Shown here: piece after piece, positions 49,949 through 62,100 of the stretch | Numbering within the stretch: the first letter of the stretch is position 1 | Layout of the letters: each line of letters starts with the position of its first letter | Origin: Klebsormidium nitens | Lineage: Eukaryota > Plantae > Klebsormidiophyceae | NCBI GenBank assembly: GCA_000708835.1 | Contig: DF237156.1 | Span: 80,075 to 144,074 of the forward strand | Length of the DNA: 64,000 nt | Reading direction: 5' to 3' | Position numbers and translations under genes: made by a program | Notes under the pieces: model-generated | The model's input: only the letters and a program-made list of their open reading frames with translations | Database searches by the model: none | What the model was told of the DNA's origin: nothing

Positions 49949-52900
49949 CTACAGCCGTATGCAACTCTCGCATCTTTCTTTTCCCGCCGCCCTGGCTCTC
50001 TCACAACTCCCCTCGCTCATATCGTCGTTTGCTGAGCCGTTTGCCAGAAGGGGACAACCCCTCGTGACGTGATAATGGTCGCCGGATTGTTTCCAATAGA
50101 TCGTCATTGTTTGAAGGACTCGGTTCGCTCGGCCAATTTGGGCTTCCAGATAGACGACCTGAGCACAACATGAGAAATCGTCAGGAACCCTTGAGCGTGC
50201 ATGATCAATGAACGACCTTTTGAACCTATGACAATTGGGCCTTTTACCCAGCATAAAGGAAGGAGGGTACAAGAGACGTACCCTTGATTTCTGTCCTACC
50301 CGGCCCGGTGTGCTCGCTTGCGATGCAAAGCTGATTTTTTGATGCTTTGAATCAGAAGAGAACCGGATCGAATCTTGTAACAACGCGCCACTTAAAAGTT
50401 CTGAAACGTGAATCTCACACCATCATGAAATAGATGCACGAGAAACATTGTCGCCCACGTAATCGTCATCTAGCTAACATCGGCCATCAGAAGTCTCGGC
50501 TGCATGCGCTCTGGCCCTCTAAGTCTTGGGAAAAAGCAGCTTGAATGGAGCACTTGCAGCGTTTGGCAGCTCTATCATAATCCTTTGCCTTATGTTTTGT
50601 AGAAAGTGTTTTGGCTTTGTTCCAGTGGAGTTTCTGGATGCGCCTCGCGTATTTGACTTGCTGACATAAAAGCAAGCCGCAGATGTGGACACCTCGCAGA
50701 CATTCAGGACGTCAGAAGAATGCGTTTATTCAATGTCCAATTCAGCCTCTGCACCAAAAGAAGGTACTAAGGGAGATGTCACCTGACTTCTGAGACTAGC
50801 CACTTCCGCGGAGAGTACTGCAGAGTTCCGGTTGAGCGCAATCAGCAACGCGGTCTCCAGTTGGGAATTAGATCGGTGCACTCGTTCCAGCTGTTCCAGT
50901 TGCTCGAGTAAGGTCTCGGAAGCGGTCTCGCCAGGGAGAAAACCAAACTGCCCCGGAGGTCGAAGGAGGAGCATCCCCTGACCCGAAAACGGGCCCTGCG
51001 ACAGAAGGCGAAGTTCGATCACGCTGCTTGAAGGAAACGCCCTTTGCTGATCTGCTTGATGAGACGTACTCGCTAAGTGGGCAGAAAAGAAGAGCAAGCA
51101 TGGATGTTGCTATGAGATTCTGCTCCATTCGATGCCAATGTCACTGAAGTTCAAGGGACATACTTAGAGTGCGAAACGATGAGGCTTGCAGAGTCTGCGA
51201 AGGAGCTGGTTGAGCACATCGCGATGAGCCCATCTTCAGCGTTTCGTTTAATTTGTTTCGTGTTTTGGACTGCGAAGTCAGCTTGCTGATTACAGCACAA
51301 GCTTTTCGCTGGCATTTTATTAACCACCTTGCACGCGGTTAGTACGTCTCCAGTTCATCCTGTGCTTCAACAGCAACGCATGAAGGTATCACACTCGGGT
51401 GAAGACCTAGTGGCTGATCCGAGGCGTATGTTGTGCGTCCTTTACCGGACTAGAATGGAACCGCATAAATCCCAGGCGAATGACAGCTGGCAGACCCGAG
51501 ATGAAGCCGGCCAGGCTGTTAAATGACGTGACGCGATGCATGTTTAAAGACAAAAATTGCTTGCCGTTGCTTCTTGCAGAAAGGGCGTCCCTTCTCGTAC
51601 TGGTGTGAAGTGTGGAGTTCCAATCCCTTCCTTTGTTGCTGCACCATCGGATGAAACACACCGGTTGCCAAAGCTTCCAGACCCAGATCCACAAAAGATG
51701 TTTTGGTTCTTTTAGTTCAATATGAACCCTATGATACTTTGACTGATCTCTCCTTTTTCCCCCGTTTGACAGCGTCCAGTCAGGCTCCCTTCAAAACGGA
51801 AGGGCGACGTGTTTCTAGAAATCCTCAGATCCCAGATGAAAAGACATCAATACATCATGCAGCCTAAAGCACTTTGATCTTGTTCCTAATCTCTGCAAGT
51901 GGACTACCATAGCACGCCCATGAGTCGGCGTCAGATCGCTTCTCAGTGCTCGGAACGTGAGTTCTTACCTTCGAGATCAGTGGGAGCCCGCTGTTCCAGA
52001 TCGACCCCTGGATGTTCATCTTTGCCCGTGACTGCAAAGGACCATTCACCAGAGCGCTCGATTCCTTCGGCCATAGCGCACGGGCATCACCTGAATTGAA
52101 TTCAGAGATTTTGCGAAGGGCGATTTGAAGAAAAGACTTGCTTGAACACACGCAAGCAATTTAATTTTAAGAAGAGGTAAGATGCCAGAGTTAAGAAAGG
52201 CGCCCCTTTTACATACCTTTGAAGGTGGAGTTGCACATCCTAGCTAAAAGGAGACTGGGGCAAAAGCTTTGAGTAATGTGCAACTCCTAGCTTTCAGTAC
52301 TGCACAACCCAAATAGCCAGGCGACTCATAGATCTGCATGTCACGTCAAGAACACAGGCCGGAGCAGGCTTTGCATCTATATACGCGATTTGGAAAATGT
52401 TTACTACGTCATAAAACCGTATGCACTACGAATCAATTCTGCTTGGTAGTCAAATCATGCGAACCATCGTCTAGCACGAAATCGAAGCGGCCAGTGAGAG
52501 TGAGCGAGCTTGTTTAAGCTTGTCCATCCGGACATCGAGCTGCTTGAATCCTTATAACGCTTCCAAAGATCTTACCCTTAAAGATAGAACCCGCGGATTG
52601 AGGTAAAAAGAGCGTTCATCATAACCGCAATTTATTGAGGGAGATCTTCAATCAAAGCAAAACCAATCAGGGTGCCAACATCAGCGGAAGAACTACAGGA
52701 CAGACATTTTGCGAAAGAGGGGGCTGAATCGAAAACACGCCCGGCGGCCGGCAAACGTCAATATTAATGTCCGTACACACGTGCGCCATTTGAGTCCTGC
52801 AAATCCACGTCAGCAGAAGGTCTACTGCAGGCCAGAGACACGTGTCAATGCGAGGGCCCCAATCATTGATATTTTCGGAAGTAAGCTGCAATAGGCTTGC

Positions 52901-53229
52901 TGCAATAGGCTTTTCCGACTGACTATAAGCTCTGGCGCAGACAGGTGAGCAAGCTGAGCATTTCAGTAGGGTTGCATGATTGTCCGTGGGTACGTAGGAG
53001 TAAGTTCAGAATGTAAAGACTGCTTGGAAGACAGCCGCATCCATATCCCTATCTACTCTCAGAAGCCCAGAACGTGCGAAGGAGCGCTCATCGATCGTTC
53101 CGACGCAGCTCTCCGCTCTCGACCTGCCCTCGCACCACCTCGTTTACCTCTGCTCCCTTCCCCTCGATTCGAAACTCGTTCAATAAGCGCCTCGTCTGTG
53201 TCCACGTCGCGCTTCCGAGATGGCGCCAT
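49949..53229 (-). CDS. Coiled-coil protein with C-terminal Ada-like metal-binding domain, copy Z2, 208 aa
   Basis: Exons 53229-53148, 52090-51969, 50995-50783, 50158-49949 (627 nt, phases match). Heptads LLEQLEQLERVHRSNSQLETALLIALNRNSAVLSAEVASLRSQVVYLEAQI, then IYWKQSGDHYHVTRGC..SEGSCERARAAGKERCESC. The first two exons are less certain than the last two. Confidence 0.7.
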
Positions 53230-54115
53230 TCGCCGGCGCCCCGGCCAATATTTCAGAAAAGCAGATTCAGACGGCTGCTCGATCGCCCAGATTAGCAATC
53301 CAACAAGCTCTGCCCGGCTCCGGCACGGTCCACGGGTCACTTCTGCCACCTTGGAGTCTGATTTTGAGGATACACGCTGATTGAGAAGAAAGAAGTTTCA
53401 TTTTGGAGATTCGAGGCGGCCATCCAGCTGCCAACGGACTGGCCCCCCTCGTGTAACAGCGTGGTTTGTGTCTACGAACTGCCAGAATCGTGCGGGGCTA
53501 ACAATCTATGCTAAAGCCGTCGTCACTGAGGGTTCGAGCGGTGGACCGCTGTCTCGCTCGAGGGAGTAGAATTAGGCAAGGCCCTGAGCGCTTTCGGGAA
53601 AACGGCGATCCACACGAAGGCAGTAAAGTATTCCCCGACGTGCAAGAATTCCGAGGTCCCCATTGTTGAGGTTTTGCATGTTCGCGCGCAGTACTAGACG
53701 ATTAGTTCTCACAGGCCATCGTAACCCAGCTGGGGTCCAACGTTGATGATTTGAGTTACTCCTGTGAGCTGCTAAGCTTTCGGGGTGACCCTTCTCTTTG
53801 AGGGATTATGCTCGTGTCGTCAAACGTTTGTCAAGTCCGCACTCTGCTGCTTCTTGCGACTGCATGAGTACAGCTTTACAGCCTTGTACTGAGAGCCCTG
53901 AAAGACAGCAGCTTTGATAACATACAGAAAAGAGTATCTACATACCAAAGCAGTGGCCTTTACGTGTCACTTTTGCGCCGTTTACAACCCGATGCTTTCA
54001 AAAAACTCAATTCCGCACACTTTCAAAACTTTTGTAATTCTGATCTCTTGCCACAAAGTTAAGCGGCCCTCTTGGAGCTCAATTGGTCGTTCTCGGCTCA
54101 CAGCGCCGTTCAGAG

Positions 54116-56600
54116 ATGGCTTCCGGGACGATTGTCGCTTTCCTGACCTACTTATGGTCGGCGTCTTCGGGGCGGAGGTGGGTTATGACTGCTTTTTTCA
54201 ATCTGCATGGTATGAGAAAACGAGCTGTTAGCATCTTCGTGCAACTGAATTCTATATTCCTATGATTAGATGAGTCCGCTCTGGAAGCAAAGTCCGGAAA
54301 ATTGAAAAGGGAAAGCCCCTTATGGGCTTTTGAGTCACTGGTGTTCCCTTTCTCGTTCTCTGCTTTCCGGTCTTTGACGCGCGCTTTGGTTACGACCGAA
54401 AGGTTATTGTAGTCCACTTAGCCTGTCATCGTTCAATTAAGTCGGGTACTGTCTTTCGGTCGGGCACAGAGATGACTCAAGTTGCCATACATCAGGTCAA
54501 CCAACGTGCGCCATTCCTCCAATTATGTTTACCCCTGTATAATATCGTCTCCAACGCAAGCCCCTAAACGTGCTGCAATGCATTCTGCTGTTAATTGAGC
54601 ATCACATCTCGTATTGCAGTAACTTTCAAACTGACAGGTGTCCGCCAGTCTCGCCCTCACCCAGTCGGGCGGAGGTGCCGCCACTCAGCCCCGCCACACT
54701 AGTTCCACCGGCTCCCGCAAACTGCTCCAAGGTGAGCTTGGGCACTACAGCAACCCCTCGCTCCTGTTCGCTTCTACAATTGGTTGAGAGGAATCACCTG
54801 CAGTCAACCTGAACAGAAAGACCTGCTTTCAAATGACAAGCGCAACACGCGCGAACGGTGTAATTGCGGTTAGAGCCTTGTCCCTATCGATGTCCGTCCT
54901 GTTCCGTGCAAAGTCGACCGGAAGAACCTTTTACTTTCGCGCCTAGTAATTGCCCTGCTTCATGTCATTGATCAATTATCTTACACTCTCCTCGCAGTGC
55001 TCCCCCCCCGGTACGTCTGCTTGCAGGCGGGATTAAACCCGTGCGTGCTAGCGCCAGACTCTCCTCTTCTGCCAGTACTAGTTCCCGCTATAATTCCCGC
55101 GAATTTTACATTTTGCTGCCCCGCGCCACCTATGGTCTCCCCGCAAGCCACGGCCGCCCTGCCGGGTTACTGCCCCCCCTACACAAGAGCTTCGCAGCTT
55201 TTCGAGCTCTGCGCCTCTGCGTCCCCGGTCACCGGTCTTCCCCCAGTCACGCCAGCGCCCACTCCGAGTACTCCCGGAGGTGCGGTTCGAGTTCTGCGCC
55301 ATGCAACATCCCAATATTTGTCCCGCATCGCTTTCCGGGATCGCCCCGTTTCCAACTTTCGCAATCCTGTGCGCAATGATGAGAACGCATGGGGCCTTCT
55401 TATATCATGCACCCCTGTTTGTTGGATGCTCCTTGCACTGACGGCTTCCGATTCTTAGAGCGATCACTCTCCTTGTCAACAGCCACAGCGTCAACAATGG
55501 TGAAAACGCACGTAGACCTGCTTCGACGGGTTTGATTTTTTCTCCCCCTTCAAATCCCGAAGTTCCGTCCTCGCGTTCGGAGCGCACGGCCTTCGTTTAT
55601 AGAACATCGTCCCTTTCAATCTCCATCTTGTTCCGGTAAAAGTTGAACTGTTCACTTCGCGTCTAGTTGCCCTGATTCATGTCATTAACGAATCTTTAAA
55701 ACTCTCCTTGCAGAGCTCCCCCCCGGCTCCGTCTGCTCGGAGGGATTGAACCCCTGCCGGTTAGAACCACTTTCTCCTCTGAGTGGATACTTCTCGAGCG
55801 TTCCGAATGTCAGATTTTGCTGCGGGCCACCGACGATCTCACCGCAAGCCGCGGCCGGCCTGCCGGTTTACTGCCCCGTCAGAGCTTTTTCGGACCTTGA
55901 CCTCAACTGTGCATCACCGTTCCTGGCCACTCTTCCCCAAGTCACGCCAACGCCCACCCCGGGTATACCAGGTGCGGTTCGAGTTCTGCGCCATGCAATA
56001 TCCAAACGCTTTCCGGAATCGACACGTTTTGACTCTCAACAATTCTGTGCGCAATGCATGATACGCCTGTGGCCTTCTTATGACATGCATCTCTGATTTG
56101 TCAATTGTTCCTTGCAATGACGTCTCCCGATTCTTTGAGTGATCGTTCTTATTGTCCAAAGCCCGGGGACAAAAGGCACAGCGTAGAAAAAGGTTACAAT
56201 GCAGGAAGAGCTACTTCGACGGGTTTGGTTTCTGTCTCGCTTTTCTACTTCTAGAATTCCGACCCCGTGTTTGGAGCGCGTCCGGCCCCAAGCTGTTCCT
56301 CGCTCACTCTCGTTGCACTTCGACTAGCCGGTTAGCTTTTTGTCTCGACAGCGACAAAACCCTCATACGTACCGCGAGTAACCCCAAAACCTAACCCACA
56401 AAATCCAAAACTCTTCCCTCCAGTCTCTATACCCACAAATCCCTAAACTCACAAAACCCTGCCATTCCGCAGTTGTATGCCCGGCGAACTCCACCGCCTG
56501 TATCTTTCCGGGCCAGAACCCGAACGGCCAGCCTGTCTGCTGCCCGGGGACTACTTGCCCGGCCGCTTTGAACATGATGATCAACTGCAGTCCTCTTTAG
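54116..56600 (+). pseudogene. Secreted triple knottin-like/Thr-Pro precursor, copy K1; -1 frameshift in the signal-peptide exon
   Basis: Exons 54116-54177 (62 nt vs 63 in K2), 54638-54731 (..GSRKLLQ), 54998-55279, 55714-55971, 56473-56600. The last three exons each encode an intact C-C-CC-C-C domain, but splicing from the 62-nt exon 1 hits TAA early in exon 3. An assembly error is not excluded. Confidence 0.7.
54895..56250 (+). repeat. Tandem duplication of an exon-plus-intron unit (~720 bp) in K1
   Basis: ~54895-55560 and ~55625-56250 align through the acceptor region (catgtcatt..actctcc..gcag), the exon, the donor gtgcggttcgagttctgcgccatgcaa and the downstream intron. Confidence 0.9.
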
Positions 56601-59062
56601 GAGAGCAGTGCCAGCCGTCGAAGGGCTCGGCGGAGGCTACGGTTAAAAAAGCGCTGGACGGCCGGAGAACTTGACCTCAATCGTTGGAGTGAAGTTCGGG
56701 GGAACGCTTGGAACATGCTTTTCCGCATTAGTTCGTTTGTGTACCGTAGGGAGAGTCTGTAGACTCTAAGAATTGGCCGTGATTTCCAGGAGTGATATGG
56801 AAGCAGTCTTTTAGGAGTCGCTGCTAGTTGAGCTAGGATAAGCTGGGGCAGATCCTTGTAGCTGACAGTGTAGGTAACCATATATTCACGACGTTGTCAT
56901 TCGATCGAAGATTGTGGAAATTGAAAACACGTTGTCAATCATTTTGCTCCCCTGTGTGCCACCGTCAATATACATACCGCGTTTGGTTACCTAGCTTTCA
57001 CTGAATGAACTTCAGCAGGAAAGCTTCAAAGCGCTTCAAAAGTGGATGAATTTTGCAGACTCCGAGCGGCATGTATAATCTTCCACTGATCATGCTTGAG
57101 AGGACGTTTGGAAGATAAGGCGTAATGTTTGCACAGACAGCTTCATGTTCGGGTTCCGTTGTTATCACCAGCTAGTATGCCGCCGGTACTGTCCTGTTGT
57201 CTTGTGCGTTTTTGCTGGACGTTCCACATGCATGAGTTTACCCAGGCGAACACCAGAGGATTCTCAGCCGGTGAAGGCAAACGGGCTTCTCAAACAAAAC
57301 GACGGAAACCCTGCCGTTGAAAATACTGCCCAAGCCGAGGCGTTTCTCTTTGTTATGCATATGGCAAATATCCTTTGCCGCCTCTTTAGAAAGAGGCGAA
57401 ACCGATCAAATTTCCTTTTAGCCAAACTTGCCAGAGGTTGAAGCAATCGGAGCCGATTTGCTTGCTTCCATCGTCATAGCACCAAAAGAAGCGACACAGA
57501 ATACTAATCAAGCGGGAAGACCAGACAGCATCCAGAATCGATCTTTTGATTTGTACCAAAGGCTTCCAAGGATTCTATTTCGTCTTAGCTACATGTCACT
57601 TACAGCGTCGAAGACTGGTATCCGTGCCGATCTGCCATTCAAAATCCACGGCCGCACATGCTTCGAGCAGCTTACTTTCCTTACTGGGAATCCGAAGTAG
57701 TTTGCGGAGGCTTCCAAAGGCATTGCCGTTGAAGAAGCAGAAGAGCAGAAAATTTGCAATGCAGAATTTGCCGCTTTCGTGCAGAAGACTTTGTACGGAT
57801 CACTTAGATTAGAAGTAGATGCGATGAACCCAGGGTTTCAGAAGTTTAGCGGGGCACCTTCGAGAGTGCGCGGGCGGCCGCGTGGCCGGGCCGCAAACAA
57901 GCCAAGCTCGAACGGCCCGAATTTCGTATAAGCCAGCGTGTCGGAGCTTGAAAATTTTCAATCCAAAACAACGCCAAGCGTCCACACGCTACTCCGAACC
58001 TTCAAATAATATCTGGCGCAACCAAACGAGGACGCCCCGTATCCGCAGAACTGTTTCGGTTCTCGTTGTCGATGATCTGTAGGAGCTCGCTTGGAAGCAC
58101 TTACTGCTTTGAAGGACAGCCGCCATCAATATTGCATTGTGTTCCACAAGATCCTCATTAATCCTAGAATCTTGTGCTTACTTTCTCGTATCCATCTCGT
58201 CAACCTCTGATTTCTTCCCCTCGCAGTACCTCGTTCAAATATCATAGCGTCTCGTACGAGGATAGGCGCTCAGCCGGCTAGCTAGGATTGGTGCCCCGGC
58301 CCATCATGGTAACGAAGTGCGGACTGACATGGATGCTGATGGGTCTTACTTCCCGATGACCTCTACCCGGCTCTTTCTGCTATTTGCAGATCTTAAAGTT
58401 CTGACAAATATTTCCAAGCCAAAATTGAAGAGGAAATCTCATTTGGGCGTATCTAAGCCGTCCAGTGCCAACTATCGGACGGCCCATTTTCGTGGAAAAA
58501 GGCGAGAAAGCTGTGAGTGGCCAGATATCAAGATTTTGTCGCTCCAAGCGCCGTACGAAACAAACATTTCCCAGGTATCCTTTTCTCACATTGGGCGCTA
58601 GCGCCCTTTATTCGAGAGAGTGGGATTGCTGCAACTCAAGCACGACGCTTTACAGCGCTTCCGCGCGTCGGAGAACCCATTGGGGCCCAAAAGTGAATCC
58701 CGACGGACGGGAGCATTAGACTCAGAATCCGAGGGCCCGGTTCGTGGGCTCTCAAATACTAAGGACGTGCGAGCGCTTACACTAGGGAGTCCTTTCTCGC
58801 CAGGCCGTCGCAATGCCTGGCTGGCCTCCAACGTTGCGCACTGACGTCGATCATGTGAACACCCCACTCTCCGAGGGACTCTGCTCTTCGAAGGCTCCTG
58901 TCTGTGTCCATAAGCATGGTCACGGCCGCATCCTGCTGCTGCTTGCGACCGCATCGGTAAGCCTTTGTCCACTCTTCTCGAGTGCCCTGACAAACAGCTG
59001 CTTGGCGAACCATACTGACGCGAGTGCAATGCAGTGGGCTCAAAGCTCCACGTTCTTTCGGG

Positions 59063-59069
59063 TATAAAA
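59063..59069 (+). promoter_or_regulatory. TATA box candidate of K2
   Basis: TATAAAA ~115 nt upstream of ATG 59184. No equivalent is seen at the matching position upstream of K1. Confidence 0.5.
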
Positions 59070-59183
59070 GTCGTGTTCTGCATAAGGAGGCCACACAAGT
59101 TCCGAAGCCCATCAAAGCTGATTGCTCGCTACAGCTGTAAGCCGCCTCCGATCATTTCCAGTCGCCAAGCGCGCCGTTAGAAG

Positions 59184-62100
59184 ATGGCTTCCGGGGCGAT
59201 CGTCGCTGTCCTTGGCTTGCTTCTGATGGGCGTCTTTGGAGCGGAGGTGAGTCGTGACCTCTTTCCTATTTTTGGTTCGGAAACCAAAGACAACCTTTGA
59301 GTTGTAGTATTTTCTAAGTAGCACGCACAATTTTTAAAGCGAGTTCGATCTGCTTTCGACCAAGCCTACTCAGGCAACAAAAAAAGGGAGTGCAACCCTG
59401 TGATAGTGCTTTTTGGGCGTTAAGAGTTATTGAGAACGATTACCTTGCGTCCTCTTCTGTAGGCGCTCTTTGATTGAAAGCTTTTCACGTCCATTGAAGA
59501 AGTTTACAATCATTTATCCAGGTTTAACCTCGATGGCTTGACTACGATTTCTGGGCTAATTGCCTTCAGTTGCTATCTAGTTGTCAAGTTCTCCCTTAAA
59601 AATACTCAGACCTAGACAACCTATGTATGCATACGCATCGACAGCTATGCGTCCGCGTATCCTTTTATCCTTGTTAATCTGGCAATCTGCATTAGTCGCC
59701 CCTGCTTGGCTTCAAAAGTAATGAAAGTTTCTCATTTCTGACAGGTGTCCGGCGGTCTCGTCCTCACTCAGGCGGGCGGTGATGCCGCCGCTCAGCCCAT
59801 CGAGTCTAGCACTGGCATTCCCCGCAAGCTGCTGCAAGGTATTATTAAGCACTGCAAACGTTCCTCTAATTTGTGTCCTTGATGTTTTTTTCCTTGATGA
59901 ATGCTGTCCCTTGACTCCGACCAGCGAAAGGCGCCTGAATAGAACTCTCAAATGAAAAGGGCCTCCGACGCCTTTTGCACTAGGTCGTCCTGTGTTCCTG
60001 TTACATGACGCCTTTTGTGCTAAATCGTTCCATATTCCTGTTACATGACGTCAAAATGAAGGAACGTTAACGTTGCTTTCGACTGTCCGTCTCAAGTTCC
60101 ATGTCAAATTTCTCACGAAGTGATTCTTCACTCCTCGTCGCAGGCCCCCCGGTCATCTGCGCGGTGGGACTCACGGTGTGCACCGTCTCGGCGCAGCTCC
60201 AAGTAGCGCTGGGGACACGTTTCTCGACCTCCCAAGTGTGTTGCCTGGGGGCTATCTGCCCGACCGGTCTGGGGGCGACCGTCAGACGGTGCGTCTCGCC
60301 CCTGACCCCTACCCCGACGCCGACTCCGACTCCCACGCCCAGCCCTACCCCTGGTCAGAACCCCTTTTCGCCTTTCACCCTTATGTTCGCGTTTTGATTG
60401 AAGTGGGGTCTTGTTGAGAACCCCTTTCTTCTTTTTTTCGCTCGCTTGATTGAAGTGGGGAGTGCAAAGCCTTTTTGAAACTCAAAACTGTTGATCCTGT
60501 TGGGTTTTGGAAGTCGAGACGCTGGAGCGGGCGATAAAGGACATGGTCATTGTGGGCGGCTCTGTCTTACCACTGCCATGCCCCCGATTTTTTGTGAAAC
60601 GGTGCTTCTAGAGAGTGTGAAGGACCTGAAAGTATTGCCAGGTGGGCTTCCGTCAAGCTTCTCTTCCCGCAATCGGATTTCAATGGTAATCATACATCTG
60701 GGTCAGTCGCTTGAGTTGCGTTTTTCCGGAACCTGGCTGCTTTTCGTTGACCGAGTCAAAATTGAAGCTCGGATGGAATCTAGCAGCCCGGTTCCTGATT
60801 TGCTTTTCTTCTTTTGGCGTTCCGCCCCAAGATAGAATGCCCCACTCTCTTCGTTCTTCCGCTCACCATCTCGCACTCTTCTACCCGGCCAGCTTCACCT
60901 TCCCGAAATCCCTACGACCCACAAAACGAAGACATCTCAAAACTCAAATCTTCGAAGCCTGAAAACTGGAGATCCGCAAGTTCCGAGGCTCTAAAACCTC
61001 CTTACCGCCCCTCAAAAACACTCCAAACCTTAAACCTCGAAACCCTTTCGTTCCTGAAGGTGTCTGCGGGGCGACCCTTACCCTCTGCACCTTCCCCGGC
61101 CAGAGTCAGTTCGCCGCGGCGGCCGTCAACATCCCGACGGTCGAGCTGTGCTGCCCGGAGACTCCTTGCCCGACCACTCTCGGCGTCGCGATTAATACGT
61201 GCAGCAGGCTCCCGACCCCTACCCCGACTCCGACTCCTACTCCGACCCCGAGTCCTACCCCCATTGCAACTACATGTGAGCTGTTTTCAGAATCCCGAGA
61301 ACCTATACGATGGCTCTATTTCTCGATTGAAGCTTCCATACTGCAGAAGGTTGCGAGACTACATGGCTTTTATGGGCGGTGTTTCGCCGATGGTGATTCG
61401 CCGTTCGTGAGACGCTATGGCCGCTCCCCACTCAATTGGCCCGAGCCCGAAACAGTTGAGTTGAAGGAACAGGTCGATCTGGTTTTCCTTTACGATTCTC
61501 GGATCAGAATACTGTCGCGTCCTTATGTTTGAGAGCACTTTCTTACTGACCGTTAGATTCTTAAAATTAAGACTGTTCACCAACAATATCACCCTCCTGA
61601 TCTGCCCGGTGGTTCCCGATAAATCCTAACTACACAAGCTGTCCCTCCTCTTGCCGCTTTGCATAATTAAATATCGAAACCCACTCATAACCCGCCTGTT
61701 ATAACCGATTTGCAGCTGCCGGGTGCCCCGTCGGCAGCTGCCTGTGCCCGGCGAACGCCCCAAGACTGCGCCTCACGGTTTTGACCTGCTGCAGGCTGAG
61801 CGTCTGTCCTTGCCTACTCTATCAGGCAAACCCGCTTCTAACCCGTCTCTAACCCGCTTGCAGCTTCCGGGTGCCCCATTGGCAGGCTAATGTGCCCGGC
61901 GAACTCTCCCAGACTGAGCCTCACGTCCTTCTCCTGCTGCAAACTGAATAAATGTCTTGCCCTTGCATAATCCATCCTGAAAACCCGCTCCTAAACCGTC
62001 TCTAACCCATCTGCAGCTGCCGGGTGCCCCATCGGCAGCCTCCTGTGCCCGGCGAACTCTCCCAGACTGGGCTTCACGTTTTTAACCTGCTGCAAGCTGA

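Noticed and set aside
58598-59115. ORFs upstream of K2
   Set aside because: The region loosely parallels the K1 upstream region and contains a TATA candidate, so it is better explained as promoter; the translations have no motifs.
60814-61410. 198-aa ORF spanning K2 exon 4
   Set aside because: It is an off-frame read-through of intron and exon; the Cys/TP domain lies in a different frame bounded by splice sites at 61060 and 61275.
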